NCBI GenBank assembly: GCA_026415615.1
Contig: JAOAGT010000002.1
Coordinates: 448,545 to 512,544, forward strand
Reading direction: 5' to 3'
Length of the DNA: 64,000 nucleotides
From: Thermoleophilia bacterium
GTDB lineage: Bacteria > Actinomycetota > Thermoleophilia > RBG-16-64-13
This document shows, one piece after another, positions 51,626 through 61,591 of this stretch (position 1 is the stretch's first letter; every line of letters begins with the position of its first letter). Position numbers and translations under genes: made by a program. The notes below the pieces were generated by a model, which made no database searches, had not been told where the DNA came from, and saw only the letters and a list, made by a program, of their open reading frames with translations.

Positions 51626-54199
51626 GTGATGGAGAGTGGGGGTATGATCGCGCGCACTACGGCCTGGTCAGCGGGCCCCGGCTGCCACGGAGGGTGCGGG
51701 GTTCTAGCTTATGTTGAGGACGGCAGACTGGTAAAGGTGGAAGGGGATCCGGATCATCCCATCAACCGGGGACGGCTCTGCGCCCGGTGTCTGGCGATGC
51801 CCCAGTACATCTATCACCCGGATCGCCTACGCAGTCCCAGGATTAGAGTTGGCGAGCGCGGCGAGGGAAAGTGGAAAGACATCTCTTGGGAGGAGGCCTT
51901 CGACTATATAGAGGAAAGAATGAAGGCCATCCGAGACAAGCATGGGGCCGAAAGCGTGCTGTTTGCTATGGGCACCGGTCGTGATGTCGGGGCCTGGATC
52001 TGTTTGCTTGCTTACAACTATGGGAGTCCCAACGTAGTTTTTGCCCTATCCGGAATCGGATGCTACACGCCTCGTATTGTGGCCTCCGAGACAGTGTTGG
52101 GTGACTACTGCGTGTTTGACGGTGGGCAGTGGCTTCCGCAGGGACACGATGATCCGGCGTACCGAGTGCCGGAGTGCATCGTTATCTGGGGTTACAACAT
52201 TAACGCCTCTTGCCCAGACAATATCTTTGGTCACTGGGTGACCGATCTCATGAAAAAGGGCTCCAAGCTCATCACGATCGATCCCCGTCTTACCTTTTTT
52301 GCTTCGCGAGCCGACAAGTGGCTTCAGCTTAGGCCTGGTACAGATGGTGCCCTGGCTATGGGCTTTCTCAATGTGATCATCGAAGAAGGACTCTACGACA
52401 AGGAGTTTGTAGAGAAGTGGACAAATGCTCCCCATCTGATCCGGACCGACACAGGTACGCTCTTGCGCGCTTCGCACCTGGTTGCTGATGGCTCGCCTGA
52501 CGACTTTGTGGTCTGGGATCTTGCCGGTGGACGTCCTGCTATATGGGATTCGGCCAACGTGGAGTTTCGCAGTCCTGGGGTGACTCCTGCGTTGGAAGGA
52601 AGCTTTACCGTGCGTCTGGCTGACGGTTCCTCGGTTACCACTGAGACGGTGTGGTCGCTGTTCTGCAGGGAAGTCGCCAAGTATCCTGTGGAGGAGGTTG
52701 CGAGAATCACCTGGCTCAAGCCGGACGATATCAGAGAAGCTGCCCGTCTATATGCCACGAGCAAACCCGCCACCATCCAGTGGGGCGTGGCAATTGATAT
52801 GACTCCGGCCATAACTCCCACCTCAATGGCTATTGCCGACCTTTGGTGCATTACCGGCAACCTTGACGTGCCGGGGGGAAATGTGATTGCGCGCCCGGCT
52901 TTTGGGGCAGTGCCGTACGCTCTACCTGGGCAAAGGGGGCCTATCCGGCTGCCCGATGAAAGCATCGACGAAAAGCGCATAGGTCGAGACCGTTACGGAG
53001 CTCTAAGAGAGTTCATTTGGCGGGCCCACACCGATCTTGCGTTGGAACAGATCTTTACCGGAGATCCGTACCCGATTAAGGGAATGTGGATTCAGTGCTG
53101 CAACTTGGTAGGAGGCATAGGGTACGACCCGGAGCGATGGGTGAGGGCTTTGAAGAAGCTCGACTTTGTCGCTGTGGTGGACACTTTCATGACGCCTACT
53201 GCGGAGCTTGCGGACATCGTGCTACCCGCGGCTACTTTCTTAGAAAAGAACGGAGTGCGCAGCTGGTGGACTCCGCTTGAGGCCATTGTCAAGGTTGTTG
53301 AAGTGGAAGGGTGCAAACCGGACAACGAAATCAACTTTGAGCTTGCCAGGCGCTTTAATCCAAACATGAAGTGGAAGTCCTGCGATGAGCTTCTGGACGA
53401 GATCGTAAGTCCAGCGGGCGTGACCTTCAAAGAGCTTGCCGAGAAGGGCTGGATTCTTCCTCCTGATGGTCATCCGAGCGCTCCCTACCGCCGACACGAG
53501 CGCGGTTTACTTCGGCCCGACGGAAAGCCTGGCTTTAAAACTCCATCGGGCAAGGTAGAGCTCTACTCAGTCTTGCGGGAAAAATGGGGGTTTGAGCCCT
53601 TGCCACACCACGAGGAGCCGCCTTTTAGTCCGGTGGCGAGCCCAGACCTCTTCCAGCGATATCCGCTTATTCTCACCACTGGGAGGCGCTCTCCCGTGTA
53701 CTTTAACTCCGAGCATCGCAATATCCCTTGGCTTCGTGAGGCCGACCCCGACCCAGTGGTTGAACTTCATCCTGAGACTGCCGCTGCCCTAGGCATCGGC
53801 GATGGCGAGTGGGTCTGGATAGAGAACATGTTTGGGCGGTGTCGACTGAAAGCCAAGCTCACGCGTGTAGTGCCGCGCTGGCTAGCCTCTGCTACGCATG
53901 GATGGTGGTACCCAGAGAGAGAAGGTGCCGAGCCGTCGCTGCGGGGAGTTTGGGACTCAAGCACAAATCAACTGCTTCCTATGGGCTATCAGGGCAAAGA
54001 CGGATTGGGGACCCATGCCAAGTGCACCATCTGCCGGGTCTATCGGGCCCACACCGCTCCTCCCAGCGCCTATGCCATGCCAGAGGGCGGTGTCATTGGT
54101 GGAGTACTAAAGCCGAGATCGGTGCCTCATGGTGCGGCTCCAGGCCACGCCTCGGCGCCGGCCGGATCGGCGGGGCGGGAAGACAGAGAGGAGAAGTAA
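51626..54199 (+). CDS. molybdopterin-dependent oxidoreductase catalytic subunit (DMSO reductase/MopB superfamily), cytoplasmic
   Basis: N-terminal 4Fe-4S site CHGGCGV...C...CARC. 857 aa. No twin-arginine signal. Gly/Ala/Pro-rich C-terminal tail. Confidence 0.85.
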   Translation: MMESGGMIARTTAWSAGPGCHGGCGVLAYVEDGRLVKVEGDPDHPINRGRLCARCLAMPQYIYHPDRLRSPRIRVGERGEGKWKDISWEEAFDYIEERMKAIRDKHGAESVLFAMGTGRDVGAWICLLAYNYGSPNVVFALSGIGCYTPRIVASETVLGDYCVFDGGQWLPQGHDDPAYRVPECIVIWGYNINASCPDNIFGHWVTDLMKKGSKLITIDPRLTFFASRADKWLQLRPGTDGALAMGFLNVIIEEGLYDKEFVEKWTNAPHLIRTDTGTLLRASHLVADGSPDDFVVWDLAGGRPAIWDSANVEFRSPGVTPALEGSFTVRLADGSSVTTETVWSLFCREVAKYPVEEVARITWLKPDDIREAARLYATSKPATIQWGVAIDMTPAITPTSMAIADLWCITGNLDVPGGNVIARPAFGAVPYALPGQRGPIRLPDESIDEKRIGRDRYGALREFIWRAHTDLALEQIFTGDPYPIKGMWIQCCNLVGGIGYDPERWVRALKKLDFVAVVDTFMTPTAELADIVLPAATFLEKNGVRSWWTPLEAIVKVVEVEGCKPDNEINFELARRFNPNMKWKSCDELLDEIVSPAGVTFKELAEKGWILPPDGHPSAPYRRHERGLLRPDGKPGFKTPSGKVELYSVLREKWGFEPLPHHEEPPFSPVASPDLFQRYPLILTTGRRSPVYFNSEHRNIPWLREADPDPVVELHPETAAALGIGDGEWVWIENMFGRCRLKAKLTRVVPRWLASATHGWWYPEREGAEPSLRGVWDSSTNQLLPMGYQGKDGLGTHAKCTICRVYRAHTAPPSAYAMPEGGVIGGVLKPRSVPHGAAPGHASAPAGSAGREDREEK

Positions 54200-54200
54200 G

Positions 54201-54617
54201 GTGTCGGATCACAGAGTGAATTCAGACGCCAGCGTCAGCCAGGGTGCACCCACGAGTGGTGAAACAAAGCCGCGTCGTGACAAGCAACCCGAGTATGGCC
54301 TTCTCATTGACTATGAATTCTGCACCGGGTGTTTTGCTTGTCAGGTGGCCTGTCAGCAAGAGCACCGCTGGCCGTCGGGATTGGGAGGCATTCGGGTGCA
54401 GGAGATAGTCCAAAATTTGCCGAATGATCGGGCCTACCTTACATATCTCCCCTTTCCGACCGAGCTCTGTGTCCTGTGTGCTGCACGCACTCGTAAAGGG
54501 CTTCAACCCGCATGCGTCCAGCACTGCATGGCTCGCTGCATGAAATATGGGCGACTGGAGGATCTCGTCAAGGAGATGACGAAGCCGCGGATGGTGTTAT
54601 GGGCGCCTCGCGCGTGA
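54201..54617 (+). CDS. 4Fe-4S dicluster ferredoxin-like electron-transfer subunit
   Basis: CTGCFACQVACQQEH and CVLCAARTRKGLQPACVQHC motifs. GTG at 54201 directly follows the TAA of the Mo subunit (GAGGAG ribosome-binding site inside the upstream gene). The six-frame ORF from 54129 overlaps the upstream CDS. Confidence 0.65.
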   Translation: MSDHRVNSDASVSQGAPTSGETKPRRDKQPEYGLLIDYEFCTGCFACQVACQQEHRWPSGLGGIRVQEIVQNLPNDRAYLTYLPFPTELCVLCAARTRKGLQPACVQHCMARCMKYGRLEDLVKEMTKPRMVLWAPRA

Positions 54618-54662
54618 TTTGCGCCTAAGTAATTCGCGCTTAGCTCGGTAATTCGCGCTCAA

Positions 54663-55247
54663 TTAGTTGTGGCAGTTGTGGCGAGTTGGGGCATCCCGCC
54701 AGGCAACTCTCTCGGACGAGATTGGTCGGGCTGGCACTCCACCCACAAAGCTTCCCGGTGCCACGTCCGCGTTAACCAAGCTACAAGCGGAGATCACAGC
54801 ACGATCTCCGATCTTTACTCCTGGCAGAATGGTCACGTTGGCGCCTATCATCACCCGCTGACCAATCGTGACCGGTCCAACTCGCAGCTCGTCAACTAGG
54901 AACTCGTGAGCGAGGATTACCGTGTTGTAGCCAATAATAGAGTTATCGCCAACGGTTATAAGTTGGGGGAAGAATATGTCCAAGACGGATCCGAGGCCAA
55001 ACGATACTTGATTCCCGATACGTGCTCCTAGTGCCCGGTAGAGGAAGTTTTTCCAGGACAGGAAAGGCAAGTACCGGCAAAGGTATATCACGACAAAATT
55101 AAGAGCTACCCTACGCAGCGGTACCCACTTTCGCCAGACCCACAGGGAATTAGAGTCTGGCGGCGCCGGCATAACTGACAGTCTAGCAGTTCGTGATGTC
55201 TGTCCGTCCATCCAAGAGTGCTCGCTTATTGCCGTGCATCCTACCAA
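54663..55247 (-). CDS. hexapeptide-repeat (left-handed beta-helix) acetyltransferase, WcaF-like
   Basis: N-terminal hydrophobic helix, then IGNQVSFGLGSV...IGYNTVILAHEF...IGQRVMIGANVTILPGVKIGDRAVISACSLV hexapeptide repeats. Confidence 0.75.
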   Translation of the reverse strand: MVGCTAISEHSWMDGQTSRTARLSVMPAPPDSNSLWVWRKWVPLRRVALNFVVIYLCRYLPFLSWKNFLYRALGARIGNQVSFGLGSVLDIFFPQLITVGDNSIIGYNTVILAHEFLVDELRVGPVTIGQRVMIGANVTILPGVKIGDRAVISACSLVNADVAPGSFVGGVPARPISSERVAWRDAPTRHNCHN

Positions 55248-55357
55248 GTATTGTAAAGCGGGCGCGGCAGTGGTCTACTCTACTGCGTAGGAGTAGTTGT
55301 AAAGCAGCAGTAGTTCGTAAAGCAGCACCTAACGGGTTCTCAACTGGGTAAGCCGCA

Positions 55358-56026
55358 ATGGTATCGTTGCTCTCTTCACAGCCACACGAGTACCGGATCT
55401 TGCGGCATGCCGTGAGGGCTTGGACCTGTTTTGCTCGCTGGGCGGTCTACAGTCCCGTCGTCTGGGTCTTGGTTGCGGTTAACCTCGGTAGTGCAGTTCC
55501 GGGTTACCTTTTTTGGTATGGCGGAACGCTACAGCGTTCTCCCTGGTACCTGTGGGTTTTCGTTCCTGACAGCCCCCTGTCTGTCAGCCTTATGGGCGTG
55601 GCGCTTGTGGCCTTGCATTACCGCAAACGGTGGGAAGTACTGTATATGTTGGCCTCCGTTAGCTGTATGAAATATGGAATGTGGACTGTCTTGGTCTGGC
55701 TTACCCACTACCTCTCGGGCGGAAGTTACGACTTTACCGCTATCCTAATGAGCGCGACCCACGGCGGAATGGTGATCGAGGGCTTTATAGTTGCTGTCCT
55801 CATGCGACGCGTTCTTTTATCTCTTGTTGTCTCTGCTTGCTACCTAGTGGTCAATGACGTGGTCGACTACGTGCTCGGTCACCATCCGCGAGTTCCCAAT
55901 CCTCAAGACTTGCCGCTAATAGGCATCTTAACGGCTCTTCTGTCCGTCCTCATCATCGTCGGGTGGGTGGTTGTTCTGGTCAAACAAGGGGCACTTCATC
56001 GCCAGTCCGCGTTGATGGGCAAGTGA
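55358..56026 (+). CDS. DUF1405 family integral membrane protein
   Basis: Polytopic, with the conserved pattern WYLWVFVPDSPLSVSLMGVALV...YGMWTVLVW. Confidence 0.65.
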   Translation: MVSLLSSQPHEYRILRHAVRAWTCFARWAVYSPVVWVLVAVNLGSAVPGYLFWYGGTLQRSPWYLWVFVPDSPLSVSLMGVALVALHYRKRWEVLYMLASVSCMKYGMWTVLVWLTHYLSGGSYDFTAILMSATHGGMVIEGFIVAVLMRRVLLSLVVSACYLVVNDVVDYVLGHHPRVPNPQDLPLIGILTALLSVLIIVGWVVVLVKQGALHRQSALMGK

Positions 56027-56095
56027 GGCGGGGCGTGTCCAGCGCTGGCACTTCGGCCGAGCCTCCAGATTTCAAATAGCATCTTGGGACTTAAT

Positions 56096-56150
56096 GGCTG
56101 AGATTTGACGGCTGAGATTTGATAGGTGGGATTTGATGCGCTCTTGATTG
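56096..56150. repeat. tandem direct repeats (approximately 14 nt unit, GATTTGA core) upstream of ftsH
   Basis: tGGCTGAGATTTGAc GGCTGAGATTTGAta GGTGGGATTTGAtgcgctcTTGATTGG. Two perfect 13-nt copies plus two degenerate copies. Confidence 0.5.
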
Positions 56151-56215
56151 GGGTAGTGTTAAATAGCAGCGGCGGCGTGAGAAATAGCCGATGCCAACAT
56201 GTGAAGGGTGTGTAT

Positions 56216-58282
56216 ATGGTTCTTGGCGCAGTCGAGAACAACGACCAGTCGGTGAAGGCCGAGAAGAGCTTGGAGTCCGGTGAGCGTGCTGGAGTAGGGC
56301 AGAGCAACTCGCGTTCTGCTCGCTCCAATCGGCAGGCCCAAAGGCCTCTTCGCTCGCCCACAACTCGGGGAGAGGGCGACGCCGACGGGCGTCAGCCTCG
56401 CGGGCGGCACCTTTGGCACTTTGTGGCCTACGTCATTGTGGCTCTGGTGGCCCTGTATCTGTTTCAGCAGTTTATCCTTGGTCCTCTAACCAGTCCCTCG
56501 GTTGAGCTCGACTACAGCACATTCAAGGCTAAGCTTGCTGAGGGGCAGATACTTACCGCCACCATTGGGGACAACCAGATAACCGGGACGATGAAGGATC
56601 CCACAGGGGCTACCAAGAAGGGAGTCGAGTTTCGAACCTACGCCAAGCTGGGTGCAGACAGCAATCTTGTCAAGGAGCTGCAGGACGCCGGAGTCCACTA
56701 CAAGTTCAGCAGCCCGAGCAGTCCCGTGGTGAACATTCTCATTAGCCTGTTGCCTTTTGTGCTGATCGGGGTGTTCTGGTACTTGATGTACGGCCGGATC
56801 ATGGGCGGCGCGAGGGGCGCGGGGGGCATATTTGGCGTGGGAAAGAGCAAAGCTACCCGCGTTATGCCTGAGCAGGTAGGGGTGACGTTTAAAGACGTGG
56901 GCGGAGCCGACGAGGCTATTGCTGAATTGCGGGAGATCATCGAATTTCTCAAGAATCCTGAGCAGTTCGCTCGTTTGGGCGGCCGAATTCCGAAAGGTGT
57001 GTTGCTGGTGGGTCCGCCGGGAACGGGTAAGACCCTGTTGGCAAAGGCGACGGCTGGCGAGGCTGGTGTACCTTTCTTTGAAAGTAGCGGGTCTGAGTTT
57101 GTTGAGATGTTCGTCGGAGTGGGAGCAGCCCGCGTGCGCGATCTGTTTGAGCAAGCGCGCAAAGTGGCTCCGGCAATCGTTTTCATCGATGAGATTGATG
57201 CCATCGGAAAGAGTCGCGCGATGGGCATCACGCTGGGAGGGGCCAATGACGAGCGCGAGCAAACTTTGAACCAGTTGCTTGCTGAAATCGACGGTTTTAG
57301 CAGCGACACTGGTCGTCCGGTAATCATAATGGCGGCAACTAACCGTCCCGAGGTTCTCGACCCTGCGTTGCTGCGTCCCGGGCGATTTGACCGGCAGATC
57401 GAGGTAGGCAATCCGGATCTTCACGGGCGTATACAGATCCTTAAGATTCATAGCCGCGGAATTAAACTTGCCCCCGACTTTGACATCGAGCGGGCAGCCA
57501 GAATAACCCCTGGTTTTAGCGGCGCCGACTTGGCCAACACCATGAACGAAGCAGCGCTTCTTGCGGCCAGACGTAACGCTCGTGCGGTGACTATGGCCGA
57601 CTTCGAAGCGGCTATGGAGCGAGTCATAGCAGGGCTGGAAAAGAAAACTCGAGCCATGAACGAACACGAGCGCAGAATCGTTGCCTACCACGAAGCGGGC
57701 CACGCTTTGGTTGCCGGACTTCTGCCGCATGCCGATCCGGTTGCCAAAATAAGCATCATTCCGCGTGCCCGCGGTGCTCTGGGTTACACGCTTCAGATGC
57801 CAGCCGAAGATCGATACATTCTGACTCGAGAGGAGCTTCTTGATCGTATCGCTGTGATGCTTGGGGGTAGGGCTGCGGAGAAATTAGTTGTAGGGACGAT
57901 TAGCACCGGAGCGACTGATGATATCCAAAAAGCAACGGAGCTAGCTCGCCGCATGGTGGTTGAGTTTGGCATGAGCGAGGCTCTAGGCTCGGTACGTTAT
58001 GCTGGGCAGCAACTGCAGTATCTCGGGGGAGGGATACAAGAAGCGGGCGTTATTAGTCCCAGTACCCAAGAGCTAATAGACCGCGAAGTCAAGAATTTAG
58101 TAACTGAGCAGTATGAGCGGGCTGTCACCTTGCTCACCGAGCATCGGCAGGCATTGGAATATCTCGCCAACAAACTGCTGCGTGAGGAAACGCTCGAGGG
58201 TTCTGTTGTGCAAGAGGCCCTAGAGGTCGAGGGTCAGGGATCAAACGCGACCGCCGCCGAGGCGATAAGCCCGGCGCCGTAG
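56216..58282 (+). CDS. ftsH: ATP-dependent zinc metalloprotease FtsH
   Basis: Walker A GPPGTGKT. Second region of homology. HEAGH zinc motif. A long Arg/Gly-rich N-terminal region precedes the TM. Start uncertain (56126 or 56216). Confidence 0.9.
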   Translation: MVLGAVENNDQSVKAEKSLESGERAGVGQSNSRSARSNRQAQRPLRSPTTRGEGDADGRQPRGRHLWHFVAYVIVALVALYLFQQFILGPLTSPSVELDYSTFKAKLAEGQILTATIGDNQITGTMKDPTGATKKGVEFRTYAKLGADSNLVKELQDAGVHYKFSSPSSPVVNILISLLPFVLIGVFWYLMYGRIMGGARGAGGIFGVGKSKATRVMPEQVGVTFKDVGGADEAIAELREIIEFLKNPEQFARLGGRIPKGVLLVGPPGTGKTLLAKATAGEAGVPFFESSGSEFVEMFVGVGAARVRDLFEQARKVAPAIVFIDEIDAIGKSRAMGITLGGANDEREQTLNQLLAEIDGFSSDTGRPVIIMAATNRPEVLDPALLRPGRFDRQIEVGNPDLHGRIQILKIHSRGIKLAPDFDIERAARITPGFSGADLANTMNEAALLAARRNARAVTMADFEAAMERVIAGLEKKTRAMNEHERRIVAYHEAGHALVAGLLPHADPVAKISIIPRARGALGYTLQMPAEDRYILTREELLDRIAVMLGGRAAEKLVVGTISTGATDDIQKATELARRMVVEFGMSEALGSVRYAGQQLQYLGGGIQEAGVISPSTQELIDREVKNLVTEQYERAVTLLTEHRQALEYLANKLLREETLEGSVVQEALEVEGQGSNATAAEAISPAP

Positions 58283-58305
58283 GATATGAGGGAAGCGAGA
58301 CTGCT

Positions 58306-59142
58306 ATGACATCTGTGGGCGTGATAGGGGCTGGCAATATGGGTTCTGCCATGGTTCGAGGTTGGGCCCGTGACCCCGCGAGCAACCTCGAGGTAGTTGT
58401 CTGGGACAAAGTCGAAAGCGCGGTTCGGCAATTTGACGCCTTTCCTCGTGTACGGCTCGCGGCTGGCCTGGAGGATGTCATCAAAGACGTAGACTTTGTT
58501 TTTCTGGTGGTAAAGCCCAAGGACGCCATCCAGGTGCTTCGAGAACTTCGCTCGTGCTTGAATGCGGTGCAGACTGTTGTTTCGGCCATGGCGGGGGTCA
58601 CTCTTGCCTGGCTGCGGGAGGGGCTTGGACCCGGCCCTGGGTTGATCCGCATCATGCCCAATCTTGCGGTTGAGTTTGGAGTGGGCACGATTGGTCTAGC
58701 TCCCGAGTGGGGCACAAGTGAGGAAATGATTGCGGCCTGCCGGCGAATCCTTAGTCCGCTGGGCTTGGTTGAGATGGTACCGGAGGACTGTATGGATGCC
58801 GTCACCGCGGTGGCCGGCTCGGGGCCTGCTTTCTTTGCTATTGCCATGGAGGCGCTCGAAGACGGCGCTGTTTCAGCAGGGTTGAGTAGGGCTGCGGCTA
58901 GAGCACTCGTGTTGCGGGTTGCCGCCCGTGTGGGCGAGGAACTCATGCTTCTCCATGACGAAATGCGAGAAGGTTTATCCGGAATTGACGACAGGGAACA
59001 ACAAATGTCAGCTGTTGCGAGGGCCGCGGCTTTGGTCGAGCAGCGCGCAGTGCGGGAAGCTTTTCGCCAAGCCGTGGTGGCGGCAGTCGAGCGTGGGCGC
59101 GCGATGCTCTTGCATCAGCCCCGTCCTAGTGCTGTAGACTGA
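58306..59142 (+). CDS. proC: pyrroline-5-carboxylate reductase
   Basis: VGVIGAGNMGSAMVRGW NADP-binding motif. 278 aa. Confidence 0.85.
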   Translation: MTSVGVIGAGNMGSAMVRGWARDPASNLEVVVWDKVESAVRQFDAFPRVRLAAGLEDVIKDVDFVFLVVKPKDAIQVLRELRSCLNAVQTVVSAMAGVTLAWLREGLGPGPGLIRIMPNLAVEFGVGTIGLAPEWGTSEEMIAACRRILSPLGLVEMVPEDCMDAVTAVAGSGPAFFAIAMEALEDGAVSAGLSRAAARALVLRVAARVGEELMLLHDEMREGLSGIDDREQQMSAVARAAALVEQRAVREAFRQAVVAAVERGRAMLLHQPRPSAVD

Positions 59143-59185
59143 AAGACAGTGGCAAATTTCGGGTCACAAGGAGAGGGAGGGAAAA

Positions 59186-59818
59186 ATGCTAGTCAGGGAT
59201 CGGATGTCAAAACACCCCGTCACGATTCGACCCGATGCATCAGTTCCGGATGCGCTGAAGGTGATGCAGGGTAGCAAGGTCCGTCAGCTTCCCGTAGTCA
59301 CCGACAAAGGGGAGCTGGTTGGAATAGTCTCCTTGGTAGACCTGTTCAGAGTCTCGCCTTCCCCAGCTACGTCACTTAGCGTTTGGGAAGTGGACTACTT
59401 GCTTGAGAAGATCACCATCGAGCAAATCATGACTCGAGAGGTGATCACCGTCACCGAAGATACGGCAGTGGAGGAGGCGGGTCGGATCATGGCTGACAAC
59501 AAGATCAGCGGCCTGCCAGTTATGCGCGGTGACGAGCTTGTCGGCATGTTTACTGAGAGCCACGTTTTCAACATCTTGCTCGAACTATTTGGGGCGTGGA
59601 CTTCCGGCGTCAGGGTCACAGCCAAGATTGCTCATGAGCAGGGGATGTTGGCCAAGATCACCGGCGCTATCGCCAGCATAGGAGGGCAAATCGAGGCGCT
59701 TGGTCTTCACGGAGATTCGCAGACCGTCACTTTTAAGGTGGTGAATCTCCCGCGGGAGGAAATCATCAAGGCTATTGAGCCTCTTGTGATAGAGATCCTG
59801 GACGTAAGAGAAACCTGA
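59186..59818 (+). CDS. CBS-pair plus ACT domain protein
   Basis: Two CBS motifs (VTIRPDASVPDALKVM; VITVTEDTAVEEAGRIM) followed by a C-terminal ACT-like domain. Confidence 0.75.
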   Translation: MLVRDRMSKHPVTIRPDASVPDALKVMQGSKVRQLPVVTDKGELVGIVSLVDLFRVSPSPATSLSVWEVDYLLEKITIEQIMTREVITVTEDTAVEEAGRIMADNKISGLPVMRGDELVGMFTESHVFNILLELFGAWTSGVRVTAKIAHEQGMLAKITGAIASIGGQIEALGLHGDSQTVTFKVVNLPREEIIKAIEPLVIEILDVRET

Positions 59819-59845
59819 AGCACCTTTCATTGCTTCTGAAATCGG

Positions 59846-59880
59846 CGGGGCGGGGGCTTGTCTTGCAAGCCCCCGCCCCG
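59846..59880. terminator. bidirectional GC-rich hairpin between convergent genes
   Basis: CGGGGCGGGGGCTTG-TCTTG-CAAGCCCCCGCCCCG followed by CAGTTTCTCT. Confidence 0.5.
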
Positions 59881-59945
59881 CAGTTTCTCTCCAGGACTCC
59901 CGCGCGAAGATACTTCCGCGCTTAAGCTAGATCTACGAAATACGT

Positions 59946-60815
59946 CTACGAAGTTTTTCTCGCCGGCTGGGCTTGTTTGCGCAGGTAGATGAACCAGTAC
60001 ATGAATCCCACCAAGACGGCCCCGCCAATAATGTTGCCAATTGTTACGGGGATGAGATTGTTCACGAAGAAGTTTCCCCAGGTAAGGTCGGGATAGTCGG
60101 CAGCAGTCTTGCCGATCGCCGTCCAGAAGGACTCCGGGGCAAGTGCTTTGATCGCTAGGCCCAGAGGAATGAAGTACATGTTTGCAATGCTGTGCTCGAA
60201 GCCTGCAGCGACGAAAGCAGTTATGGGCGGAATTATGGCCAATATACGGTCAGTAGTGCTGCGGGCGCTGTAGGTAAGCCAGACTGCCAAGCAGACAAGG
60301 GCATTACACATGATGCCCAAGACAAGAGCTTGGAAGAAATCTAGACCGGACTTGGTGTTGGCTATAGCAAGTGCTGTTGCGCCCACGACTCCGGACCCAA
60401 AGCGGTACTGCCCGGTGGCTAGCATGAGGCCCACGGTAGCCAGGGAGCCCACAAAATTTCCCACCCAGACGACCAGCCAGTTCCACAGTAGTCGCCGGGT
60501 GCTTACTTTTCGCCGGGCCCAAGCCATTACGATCAAATTGTTTCCCGTAAAAAGCTCGGCTCCGCCGATCACTACCAGCATGAGCCCGAGGCTAAAAGCT
60601 AGACCGCCGAGCAGTTTCACTATCCCATATGGTAGGGCGCCAGTAAGCCCGGCGGATCCGTCAACCGAGCGGAAATCCAAAGTGCCTGAGATTACGGTGG
60701 TTGAGAAAACTGCTCCCAGAGCAATAAAGGCGCCAGCTAGCACGGAAAGAGCAAACATCCGGGGGAAATCCATGTTTGCCTTAGACACGCCTATCTGTTC
60801 GGCCTTAGTTGCCAT
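59946..60815 (-). CDS. formate/nitrite transporter (FNT) family channel
   Basis: Start at MATKAEQ (M46 of the ORF). Polytopic. FNT-like segments (LVVWVGNFVGSL...GFEHSIANMYF). Confidence 0.8.
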   Translation of the reverse strand: MATKAEQIGVSKANMDFPRMFALSVLAGAFIALGAVFSTTVISGTLDFRSVDGSAGLTGALPYGIVKLLGGLAFSLGLMLVVIGGAELFTGNNLIVMAWARRKVSTRRLLWNWLVVWVGNFVGSLATVGLMLATGQYRFGSGVVGATALAIANTKSGLDFFQALVLGIMCNALVCLAVWLTYSARSTTDRILAIIPPITAFVAAGFEHSIANMYFIPLGLAIKALAPESFWTAIGKTAADYPDLTWGNFFVNNLIPVTIGNIIGGAVLVGFMYWFIYLRKQAQPARKTS

Positions 60816-60880
60816 CTGTGAGGGGAGAAGGGCGTCAAAGGAAACGGCACCATGGCCGGGATGATTCCCCTGTGGTCTTC

Positions 60881-61534
60881 TCATGCGCGGCTGAGCTTCT
60901 CGAGTGCTTGTTGGCACAGTCTTACTCCCTCCATTGCGTCGTTGGTCCAAAGGTCAGCGCCTATGTAGCGCGCGGTAGCTTCGTCGATAGTTCCCCCGCC
61001 TACGACTAACAGCGGCAAGTGTTCAAACTCCGAGGCGTGCTGACGGAAGAGCGCCACGGTTTCGTGCATAGAAGCAAAAGCAGCTGTGAGGAGACCGGAC
61101 ATGCCCACGATGTCGGGCTTGGACTCCCGTGCCGCTTCGAGAAACTCCTCTGGGGGTATGTTTACGCCAAGGTCACGGACAGAGAAGCCAAACATGCGAA
61201 ATGCCAAAGCTGCCATGTTCTTGCCGATATCGTGGATATCCCCAGCTACAGTACCAAGCAGCACTTTCCCCGAGGCTTCCCCAGTCCACTCGGCTTCGAG
61301 CCCTGGTCTTACCAGTTCCATAACGGTCCGGAAGATTTCGCCGGCCATTATGAGCCCGGACAAGTAGATTTCTTTTTGCTCGTACCTTTCTCCAACGCGG
61401 CGCATGCCTGCCTGCACAGCTCGCACCACCTCGACCGGGCTGGTGCCCTCTTTGAGGGCTTGTTCCACAAGGTCGAGGACTCGCTTGTCGTCTAGCTCCT
61501 CGACTGCGCCGCTTATCTGTTCCAAGACAAGCAT
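60881..61534 (-). CDS. cobalamin-binding corrinoid protein (MtaC/MtbC-type, B12-binding Rossmann plus N-terminal helical cap)
   Basis: GDIHDIGKN (DxHxxG) lower-axial His motif, SxL...GG downstream, approximately 215 aa. Confidence 0.85.
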   Translation of the reverse strand: MLVLEQISGAVEELDDKRVLDLVEQALKEGTSPVEVVRAVQAGMRRVGERYEQKEIYLSGLIMAGEIFRTVMELVRPGLEAEWTGEASGKVLLGTVAGDIHDIGKNMAALAFRMFGFSVRDLGVNIPPEEFLEAARESKPDIVGMSGLLTAAFASMHETVALFRQHASEFEHLPLLVVGGGTIDEATARYIGADLWTNDAMEGVRLCQQALEKLSRA

Positions 61535-61591
61535 CTACTCCTCCCGCAGCTTCCCCCTCCACGTCACCACGATGTCACCGCGCTGCGATGA

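Noticed and set aside
56486-57730. 414 aa minus-strand ORF antisense to ftsH
   Set aside because: FtsH Walker A/B and HEAGH motifs are on the plus strand.
58134-58946. 270 aa minus-strand ORF antisense to proC
   Set aside because: ProC NADP-binding motif is on the plus strand. The antisense product is Ser/Thr/Ala/Arg-rich.
60310-60864. 184 aa plus-strand ORF antisense to the FNT channel
   Set aside because: The FNT polytopic pattern on the minus strand is convincing. The antisense product is Pro/Thr/Ala-rich.
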